Source: Bacilli bacterium (lineage in GTDB: Bacteria; Bacillota_I; Bacilli_A; ML615J-28; CAG-313). From it: a stretch of 64,000 nucleotides of DNA. This document shows positions 18,096 through 25,492 of this stretch, piece by piece; position 1 is the stretch's first letter; every line of letters starts with the position of its first letter. Location: the NCBI GenBank assembly GCA_045119035.1, contig JBGVCU010000037.1, forward strand, positions 3,301 to 67,300. The letters run 5' to 3'. Position numbers and translations under genes: made by a program. Below the pieces are notes generated by a model, which was not told the origin of the DNA, made no database searches, and saw only the letters and a program-made list of their open reading frames with translations.

Positions 18096-18884
18096 ATGAA
18101 TAGTAGAAAAGTAGTATTTGTTGATGTTGATCAAACGTTATATGATAATAGACATCAAATTTTATACCCATCTACAAAAAAAGCTATGCAGCTTCTAAAA
18201 GAAAATAATGTAGATGTTTTTTTAGCAACAGGAAGAAGTGTAAATACTATTGGTCATTTAAAAGAAGTTTTACCATATTTTAAAGGATTAATTACAAATA
18301 ATGGACAAACAGTTTTTGTAAATGATGAAATTATATATGAAAGACCAATTGATATAAGTATTGTAAAAGAATTTGAATCATTTGCAAATGAAAATAATAT
18401 ACCTATTGCTTATGTAGGGGATTTTAATACTTCTGCAAACTTTATTACTGTTGTTAGTAATATTGCTTTTACAAACTTTCAAATACATAATGTTGAAGTT
18501 TTAAATAAAAATCCATTTCATCATAAATATAATGTAAAGCAGTTTTGGGTTTTTGAAGAAAATAGCATAATAGATACATTTAAAGATAAATTCTCAGATT
18601 TAGAATTTATTAATTGGCCTGGTAAATATGGAGCTGATGGTGTGCTTATAGGTGCATCTAAAATTGATGGTATTAAAGAAGTAATAAAATATTATAATTA
18701 TAAACAAGAAAATACTTTTGCCATTGGTGATGGAGATAATGATTTATCAATGTTAAAAGAAGTAGAACATAGTTATTGTATGGGTAATGGAACTCCACTT
18801 GCAAAAGAAGCAGCAAAATATGTAACTGATCCGATTGATCAAGATGGTTTTTATAATGCTGTTTTAGATATATTAGAAAAATAA
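18096..18884 (+). CDS. Cof-type HAD-IIB family hydrolase
   Basis: Motif I VFVDVDQTL, C-terminal GDGDNDLSM; ATG at 18096 follows RBS AAGGTGA (the track start is a GTG inside the RBS). Confidence 0.65.
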   Translation: MNSRKVVFVDVDQTLYDNRHQILYPSTKKAMQLLKENNVDVFLATGRSVNTIGHLKEVLPYFKGLITNNGQTVFVNDEIIYERPIDISIVKEFESFANENNIPIAYVGDFNTSANFITVVSNIAFTNFQIHNVEVLNKNPFHHKYNVKQFWVFEENSIIDTFKDKFSDLEFINWPGKYGADGVLIGASKIDGIKEVIKYYNYKQENTFAIGDGDNDLSMLKEVEHSYCMGNGTPLAKEAAKYVTDPIDQDGFYNAVLDILEK

Positions 18885-18915
18885 AACTCGTTCAAAATTG
18901 AACGAGTTATTTTTT
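18883..18915. terminator. bidirectional terminator (HAD / def convergent)
   Basis: AAAACTCGTTCAA-aa-TTGAACGAGTT + T-run. Confidence 0.8.
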
Positions 18916-19486
18916 AATTAAATTTAATTGGTTTTGAATTTTCAGGAACAAAGAATGGATTATCTTTATTAATTCTATCAACAAATAAAGTTCCATTTAG
19001 ATGATCAAATTCATGACCAAATACAACTGCTAAGTATCCTTTTAGAGTAAATGTTTGTAAAAATGCATCATTTTTATCAAAATCATAAACATAGCCTTGA
19101 ACTCTAATTTTATATGGACGATGAATTAAACCAGTTACTTCTCTATCTACAGATAAACATCCTTCACCACCTGGTAAATATGTTAATTCATCAGAATAAC
19201 TAATAATCTTAGGATTAATTATAGCAAGTTCAAAAAATTGTCCTTTTTCGTTTGGTGCTGCAATAACAAACATTCTTTTTGATACACCAATTTGTGGAGC
19301 AGCAAGTCCTACACCAGGACGTAAATCATATTCCTTACATGTTTCTTCATCGCATGAATCATATAAATAATTCATCATTTCACAAATAGTTTCTTTATCT
19401 TCTAGACTTAAAGGAAGTTCTACTTCTTTAGCTACTTGTTTTAATACAACATTTCCTTCGCGTACAATATCTTTCATTAAAATCAT
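18914..19486 (-). CDS. def: peptide deformylase
   Basis: Motifs GVGLAAPQIG, EGCLS, HEFDHLNG. Confidence 0.9.
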   Translation of the reverse strand: MILMKDIVREGNVVLKQVAKEVELPLSLEDKETICEMMNYLYDSCDEETCKEYDLRPGVGLAAPQIGVSKRMFVIAAPNEKGQFFELAIINPKIISYSDELTYLPGGEGCLSVDREVTGLIHRPYKIRVQGYVYDFDKNDAFLQTFTLKGYLAVVFGHEFDHLNGTLFVDRINKDNPFFVPENSKPIKFN

Positions 19487-19547
19487 AATAGTAATCTCCT
19501 ATATAGATTAATTATACACTAAAACGTCTTTTTTTACAAGTAAATAA

Positions 19548-19682
19548 CTACCATCTTGCAGTACCAATAATTACTAAAAGAATAAATAATACTAAAATTA
19601 AAGCATAACCATAACCACCAAATGTAGAGTTTGTTCCACATCCACAGCTATAACCATAATTATAATTTGGTTGACAACACAT
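19548..19682 (-). CDS. YjcZ-family (tiny Gly/Cys/Tyr-rich TM) sporulation protein, 44 aa; not in the ORF track
   Basis: MCCQPNYNYGYSCGCGTNSTFGGYGYALILVLFILLVIIGTARW; strong RBS AAGGAGGTGA 4 nt upstream; a CATACTA forespore-type -10-like element upstream. Confidence 0.5.
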   Translation of the reverse strand: MCCQPNYNYGYSCGCGTNSTFGGYGYALILVLFILLVIIGTARW

Positions 19683-19805
19683 AACGTCACCTCCTTACTA
19701 TAAAATATGTAGAAAATTATAATTAGTATGGATTTTAACCTAATATGTATTAATCTTGAATAGATTCTTTATTTTTGATATAATACTATTAGATGAGGTA
19801 TATAT

Positions 19806-20072
19806 ATGAAAAAAGAAAAAGATTACGAATCTCAATACGATTTTGAAATAGATTATGATTTATTTAATACAGATGAAATTGTAAAAATATTTAATTTCTT
19901 TGGGTTAATTTTAAAAAATGCAAAACATCCAGTTAATAAAGAATTATTACTTAATGAATATAAAGAATATCGTAAAATATTAAATAATAAATCTTTAGAA
20001 AAACAATACGATAAGAATTTTGAAAAGAAAACAGGTATTTCAATTTATAGAACTATTTCTAAAATAAGCTAG
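19806..20072 (+). CDS. UPF0223 (YktA-like) family protein
   Basis: 88 aa; pattern DYDxxNxDEIVKIFNFF……GISIYRTI resembles B. subtilis YktA. Confidence 0.5.
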   Translation: MKKEKDYESQYDFEIDYDLFNTDEIVKIFNFFGLILKNAKHPVNKELLLNEYKEYRKILNNKSLEKQYDKNFEKKTGISIYRTISKIS

Positions 20073-20286
20073 AATTTAATTCTCCTTTAATACCTAAATA
20101 ACTTTCTAATCTACTTATTCGGTTTAATAATTCATTTTGTGTTCTTTTTAGTTCATTAATTTCAGTTTGTAACATTGATATATCATAACTATTAGGAACA
20201 CTAAATTCATTATAATTTTTAACATAATTAGGATATGGCATACCTTGTGTCATATTTCTTTTTTTATTTAAAAACATCTTTATCAT
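20059..20286 (-). CDS. hypothetical small protein (possibly spore-associated)
   Basis: 75 aa; RBS AAAGGATG; convergent 14-nt overlap with the upstream gene; no family recognised. Confidence 0.3.
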   Translation of the reverse strand: MIKMFLNKKRNMTQGMPYPNYVKNYNEFSVPNSYDISMLQTEINELKRTQNELLNRISRLESYLGIKGELNSSLF

Positions 20287-20368
20287 CCTTTCAATTTATT
20301 CTATGAAATATATATTACTTTGTCACAATTTCTTTATTTTTTAATAATATATAATGAGGTGAAAAGTA

Positions 20369-20740
20369 TTGCAAAGCAGAATGGATGAATTTAGAATATT
20401 TATTGCTAAAAACCCATTAATTAAAGAAGATGTATTAAACGGAAAAAAGACATGGCAACAGATATATGAAAACTGGGTATTATTAGGTGAAAATGATCCT
20501 ATTTGGAATACTTACCGTACAAATGTTAATCCAGAAAATACTACTTCAAACATAAATATTAATAATTTATTTAAATCTGAAAATATGAAACAAGTATGGA
20601 ATTATGTTAAAAAAATAAATCCAGATAATGTTTCTAAAACTTTAGGTACTGTTCAAAAAGTATTACAAATTACTCAAAGTTTTGGATCAAAACCAGGAAG
20701 TGGACTATATAATGCAAATTATAATAGTTGGTGGGAATAA
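20369..20740 (+). CDS. YlbD-like putative spore coat protein
   Basis: N-terminus (FRIFIAKNPLIKEDVLNGKKTWQQIYENWVLLGENDPIW) resembles B. subtilis YlbD. Confidence 0.45.
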   Translation: MQSRMDEFRIFIAKNPLIKEDVLNGKKTWQQIYENWVLLGENDPIWNTYRTNVNPENTTSNININNLFKSENMKQVWNYVKKINPDNVSKTLGTVQKVLQITQSFGSKPGSGLYNANYNSWWE

Positions 20741-20964
20741 TGGATATAAATATATTAAATAAGATATATCAAAACGAATTATACTTAGATTATTTAAGAT
20801 ATCATCCAAAGTGGTATGTAATTTTAAATGATAATTCAAATTTATATTCTGAATTTGAAAAAATTGTAAAAAAAGAATATAAAATTACCACATACGATAA
20901 AATAGAAAATTTTAAAAAACAAATAGATTTTATTAATGGAATGATTAAGTATCTAAATACATAG
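20728..20964 (+). CDS. YlbE-like protein
   Basis: 78 aa; HPKWY…N…EFE pattern resembles B. subtilis YlbE; overlaps the ylbD-like gene as in the Bacillus ylbD-ylbE arrangement. Confidence 0.4.
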   Translation: MVGIMDINILNKIYQNELYLDYLRYHPKWYVILNDNSNLYSEFEKIVKKEYKITTYDKIENFKKQIDFINGMIKYLNT

Positions 20965-21043
20965 TGTTAAGTTATTTTACTTGACAGACTTATAAAAATT
21001 TGCTATAATATTATAGGAAAAATTAAAACGGAGGCAAATTAAA

Positions 21044-21307
21044 ATGGTAAAAATTAGATCACAAAGATTTGGTGCACATAAAAAACCTTACTATCGTATT
21101 GTAGCAACTGATTCACGTAATCCTCGTGATGGTCGTTTCATTGAAATCGTTGGAACATATAATCCTTTAACTAATCCTGAAACTGTAACAATCGATGTTG
21201 AAAAATTAGAAAAATGGGTTAACAACGGTGCAAAATTAACTGATACAGTTAAATCATTATTAGTAAGACAAGGTATTAAACTAGGTTCTTCTAAAAAAGC
21301 TGAATAA
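21044..21307 (+). CDS. rpsP: 30S ribosomal protein S16
   Basis: 87 aa; [20 protein letters not shown]. Confidence 0.95.
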   Translation: MVKIRSQRFGAHKKPYYRIVATDSRNPRDGRFIEIVGTYNPLTNPETVTIDVEKLEKWVNNGAKLTDTVKSLLVRQGIKLGSSKKAE

Positions 21308-21308
21308 G

Positions 21309-21566
21309 GTGAACTTTATGGTAGAAATTAATTACGAACAATTAGTATCGGAATTAATCAAGCCGCTAACAACACATCCTGAAGATGTTAAAGTAACTGA
21401 TACTGCTGATGGACACCTTCATCACGTAGTTGTAGAAGTTCATCAAGATGACTTAGGTCGTGTTATTGGAAGAAAAGGACGTGTTGCAAATGCAATTAGA
21501 ACAATTGCTTATGCGGCAGCGATGAGAAACAAAGAAAACCTTGAAGTTGAGTTTATTTCAAAATAA
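21309..21566 (+). CDS. KH-domain RNA-binding protein (YlqC-like)
   Basis: 85 aa; GRVIGRKGRVANAIRT KH motif; conserved position after rpsP. Confidence 0.8.
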   Translation: MNFMVEINYEQLVSELIKPLTTHPEDVKVTDTADGHLHHVVVEVHQDDLGRVIGRKGRVANAIRTIAYAAAMRNKENLEVEFISK

Positions 21567-21606
21567 AAAACAAACAAACTTAAGAAATTAAGTTTGTTTT
21601 TTTTAT
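21565..21606 (+). terminator. terminator after the rpsP-KH genes
   Basis: AAAAAACAAACAAACTTAA-gaaa-TTAAGTTTGTTTTTTTT. Confidence 0.8.
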
Positions 21607-21645
21607 TAAAACTATATTATATTAACATATGTATGTAATATTTTT

Positions 21646-21674
21646 TTGACAAAATAATTAAAATGTAGTATAAT
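21646..21674 (+). promoter_or_regulatory. consensus sigma-A promoter (TTGACA-17-TATAAT) for the P-type ATPase-rimM-trmD transcript
   Basis: Exact consensus hexamers with a 17-nt spacer, just downstream of the rpsP/KH terminator. Confidence 0.6.
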
Positions 21675-21704
21675 AGAGAAATAAAAAAAAGAGGAGGTGC
21701 TTTT

Positions 21705-24143
21705 ATGTCTCATAATATTTTAATTTATAAAATATTAAATATGAACAATAGAAAGAATTATCGCCGAATTGAAAATGAAATTAATAAAATTGACAATATA
21801 GAAACATTTCATATAGATAAAGAAAAAGACTTAATATATGTTTCTTTTACAAACGATGATAAAGCTAATTTAGATAATCTTACAAAATGTATTACAAAAT
21901 ATGAAAGAAATGTTAAATTAGAAAAACAAGAAAATAAAGAAAAATATCGTAAAGTTCTATATCTTAAAGGATTAGATTGTGGTCATTGTGCAATGAAAAT
22001 TGAAACAATTGCTAAAAAATCTATGCAACATGATCAACTACTTGTTGATTTTGCTACTACTCGATTCATTATTGAAACATCTGATAAAGATTTAGTAGAT
22101 AATATTATTGAAAGAGTAGAAGAAGTAGCACATAAAATTGATCCAAAAATTATTGTATTAGACTCTCAAAAAGATAAAAAAGAACGTGTAGCAGAATCAT
22201 ATAAAGTTGATAAGAAAAAAGTTGCAATACTTGCAATCGGTGTTGCGATTTTCTTAATCGGATTAATGGTTAGATATATTTTACCAGGTATGGCTGAAGG
22301 TCATATTGATGGAGTATTACATAATGTAGCCAATGCAATGTTTATTGTTACATATGTATTAATTGGTCATGAAGTAATAATTGCTTTCTTTAAAAATTTA
22401 GTTAATAGACGTATTTTTGATGAAAATTTCTTAATGACACTTGCAACAATTGGTGCTATTTTTACAGGTCACTATGTTGAAGCTGTAATGGTTATGGTTT
22501 TATATCAAATTGGAGAACATTTACAAGAATCTGCTGTTAATAAGTCTCGTAAATCAATTTCTGAATTACTTACTTTAGAAGCAAAAACAGCTAGAATTAA
22601 AATTGGTACTGAAGTTACTGAAGTTGATGTAGATACTATTTTACCTGGAGATACAATTGTTGTTCAAGTAGGAGAAATGATTCCTTTAGATGGGGTTATT
22701 TCTAATGGTAAATCTGTTTTAGATACTAAATCAATTACTGGTGAATCACGACCTATTAGTTGTAAAGTAAAAGATGAAGTAATTAGTGGATCTATTAATA
22801 TAGGTTCTGTTATTGAAATTAAAGTTACTAGAGCTTATAGTGATTCTATGATTACAAAAATTTTAGACTTAGTTGAAAATGCTAGTACTAAAAAAGCTCA
22901 AGCAGAACACTTTATTACTAAATTTGCTAGAGTATATACTCCAATAGTTGTATTACTTGCAGTGATTTTTGCTGTTGGAATGCCACTAGGAATTCATTTA
23001 TTCAATCCTGAATTAGAACTTTGGCCTTTGTTTAAGGACTATATTTATAGAGCAATGTTTTTCTTAGTTGTGTCATGTCCATGTGCAGTTGTAATTTCTG
23101 TTCCACTTGCATTTTTTGCAGGAATTGGTCTTTCAAGTAAACGTGGTATTTTAGTTAAAGGAAGTAACTACTTAGAAGCTTTAGCTCATGTTAATGATAT
23201 GGTTTTTGATAAAACTGGTACTCTTACAAAAGGTACATTTACAATTCGTGAATTATGTCCTGAAAATGGTGTAAAACCAGAAGATTTATTAAAAACTATC
23301 GCATATGTTGAATATTTTTCAAATCACCCAATCGGTATATCTGTTGTAGATTATTATGGAAGAGATAAAATTTTCCCAGAAATAATTTCTGATTTTGCAA
23401 TGATAGAAGGAAAAGGTGTTAAAGCTGAAATCAATGGTTCTATTACTTATGCTGGAAATAGAAAAATGATTAAAGAGATGTTCCCACAAGTTCCAATTTT
23501 AGATAAAAATGGAGCGATTATATATGTAATTAAAGAAAAGAAATACTTAGGTGCTGTTGTTATCGGCGATGTTTTAAAAGATGAAGCTCACGATACAATG
23601 GAATATTTAAGAGCTAATAATATCACTACATCAATGTTAACTGGTGACTATAAGACTGCTGGTGAATATACTGCAAATATGTTGGAAATGGATAACGTTT
23701 ATACAGATTTATTACCTGATAAAAAAGTTGATATTTTAACTGAAATTATGTCAAATAAAGAAAAGGGTACAACAGTATATGTTGGTGATGGTATTAATGA
23801 TGCCCCAGTAATTGCTACAGCAGATGTTGGTATTGCAATGGGATCTACTGGAAGTGATGCTACAATTGAAGTTGCTGACGTTGTAATTATGAGTGATAAT
23901 TTAGAAAAAATTGAAGAATCTATTATTATTGCAAAAGCAACAAGAAAAAAAGTACTTCAAAATATCATAATGGCATTAGGTATCAAAGTTTTAGTTTTAA
24001 TATTAAGTGCATTTGGAGATATTCCACTTTGGCTTGCAATTTTCTCTGATGTTGGTGTTTCACTTCTTGCTATTTTAAATTCTATGTCATTAACTTCATT
24101 ATTTAAAAATAAACAACAGGAAATAGAAGAAGAAGATGAATAG
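21705..24143 (+). CDS. heavy-metal translocating P1B-type ATPase (Zn/Cd/Co-type)
   Basis: HMA domain with CGHC, TM CPC, DKTGTLT, GDGINDAP, C-terminal SDVGVSLLAILNS (Zn/Cd-type); a degenerate Cys-less HMA-like fold at the extreme N-terminus. Confidence 0.85.
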   Translation: MSHNILIYKILNMNNRKNYRRIENEINKIDNIETFHIDKEKDLIYVSFTNDDKANLDNLTKCITKYERNVKLEKQENKEKYRKVLYLKGLDCGHCAMKIETIAKKSMQHDQLLVDFATTRFIIETSDKDLVDNIIERVEEVAHKIDPKIIVLDSQKDKKERVAESYKVDKKKVAILAIGVAIFLIGLMVRYILPGMAEGHIDGVLHNVANAMFIVTYVLIGHEVIIAFFKNLVNRRIFDENFLMTLATIGAIFTGHYVEAVMVMVLYQIGEHLQESAVNKSRKSISELLTLEAKTARIKIGTEVTEVDVDTILPGDTIVVQVGEMIPLDGVISNGKSVLDTKSITGESRPISCKVKDEVISGSINIGSVIEIKVTRAYSDSMITKILDLVENASTKKAQAEHFITKFARVYTPIVVLLAVIFAVGMPLGIHLFNPELELWPLFKDYIYRAMFFLVVSCPCAVVISVPLAFFAGIGLSSKRGILVKGSNYLEALAHVNDMVFDKTGTLTKGTFTIRELCPENGVKPEDLLKTIAYVEYFSNHPIGISVVDYYGRDKIFPEIISDFAMIEGKGVKAEINGSITYAGNRKMIKEMFPQVPILDKNGAIIYVIKEKKYLGAVVIGDVLKDEAHDTMEYLRANNITTSMLTGDYKTAGEYTANMLEMDNVYTDLLPDKKVDILTEIMSNKEKGTTVYVGDGINDAPVIATADVGIAMGSTGSDATIEVADVVIMSDNLEKIEESIIIAKATRKKVLQNIIMALGIKVLVLILSAFGDIPLWLAIFSDVGVSLLAILNSMSLTSLFKNKQQEIEEEDE

Positions 24144-24621
24144 AACATATATTGGTAAAATAATTGGAACATTTGGTATTAAAGGAGAACTTAAAGTTTT
24201 TTCAGAAAGTGATTTTATTGATCAAAGATTTAAAAAAGGAAATGAATTAATCTTAAAGTCAAATAAATCAGAATTAACTGTTAAAATTTCTTCATTTAGA
24301 ATTCATAAAAATAATGTTTTAATTACAATTAATAACTTATTAAATATAAATGATGTTGAAAAATATATTAACTATGATATATATACTATCCAAGAATTAG
24401 AACTTGATGAAGATGATTATTATATTGATGATTTAATTGGTCTTGAAGTATATAATGAACAAAATATTTTAATTGGTAAAGTAGTAGATGTAATATCTAT
24501 TCCAAGTAATGATATTTTAGAAGTTGAAACTAAAGATAAAAAAATTTTAATACCTTTTATTAACGATTATATTATTGAAATAAATGATAAAATCATCATT
24601 AAAGAAATGGAATTAATGTAA
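24136..24621 (+). CDS. rimM: 16S rRNA processing protein RimM
   Basis: 161 aa; GKIIGTFGIKGELKV N-terminus plus PRC barrel; overlaps the ATPase stop. Confidence 0.85.
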   Translation: MNRTYIGKIIGTFGIKGELKVFSESDFIDQRFKKGNELILKSNKSELTVKISSFRIHKNNVLITINNLLNINDVEKYINYDIYTIQELELDEDDYYIDDLIGLEVYNEQNILIGKVVDVISIPSNDILEVETKDKKILIPFINDYIIEINDKIIIKEMELM

Positions 24622-25355
24622 TGAGATTTGATATTATTACAATTTTTCCAGAATTTATTGAAGGTATTAAAAGTCATTCAATAATCAAAAGAGCAATTGA
24701 AAAAGGTATTATTGAAATTAATACAATCGATTTTAGGGATTATGCACTTGATAAACATAAACATGTTGATGATTATGCATATGGTGGTGGAGCAGGAATG
24801 TTAATTAGTGTTCAGCCAGTTCATCAAGCAATGCAGCAAGTTCCTAATTTGGATAAAGCTTATAAAATAATTACTTCTCCAAGCGGAACTACTTTTAATC
24901 AAAAAGTTGCGGAGCGTTTATCTAAACTTGATCATATTGTAATTGTATGTGGACATTATGAAGGAATTGATTCAAGAATAAATGATTACATTGATGAAGA
25001 AGTTTCATTAGGTGATTATATTCTAACAGGTGGAGAACTTCCTGCACTAACTATCATTGATTCTGTAAGTAGATTAATTTCTGGTGTTATTACAGATGAA
25101 TCTATTAAAGAAGAATCATTTACAACAGGCTTACTTGAATATCCACAATATACAAGACCATATGAATATGATGGTAAAAAAGTACCAGATGTATTAATAT
25201 CTGGACATCATGCTAATATAAAAAAATGGCAAAGATTTGAATCACTTAAAAAAACCTATTTTAATCGTCCTGATTTACTTAATAATATTGAACTTTCTAA
25301 AGAAGATTTAAAGTATCTAGAAATGATTAAAAATAGTGAAGAATTGAAATTTTAA
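24621..25355 (+). CDS. trmD: tRNA (guanine37-N1)-methyltransferase
   Basis: 244 aa; MRFDIITIFPE, GGGAGM, LTGGELPAL motifs. Confidence 0.9.
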   Translation: MRFDIITIFPEFIEGIKSHSIIKRAIEKGIIEINTIDFRDYALDKHKHVDDYAYGGGAGMLISVQPVHQAMQQVPNLDKAYKIITSPSGTTFNQKVAERLSKLDHIVIVCGHYEGIDSRINDYIDEEVSLGDYILTGGELPALTIIDSVSRLISGVITDESIKEESFTTGLLEYPQYTRPYEYDGKKVPDVLISGHHANIKKWQRFESLKKTYFNRPDLLNNIELSKEDLKYLEMIKNSEELKF

Positions 25356-25359
25356 AATT

Positions 25360-25391
25360 AAAAGGAGTTGATAAATATCAACTCCTTTTTA
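25360..25391 (+). terminator. terminator after trmD
   Basis: AAAAGGAGTTGAT-aaat-ATCAACTCCTTTTT. Confidence 0.85.
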
Positions 25392-25492
25392 ATCATATTA
25401 ATATAGATAAATAGTAGTGTATATATATCAATATATTTTATGATTTATGCTATAATTATAAAAATCAATATAAAATATAAAGGTAAGATCAT

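Noticed and set aside
21705-24143. Heavy-metal ATPase as part of a mobile element or resistance island
   Set aside because: No integrase, transposase, flanking direct or inverted repeats, or tRNA target nearby. Codon and GC character matches the neighbours. Treated as a chromosomal insertion into an operon, not a detectable mobile element.
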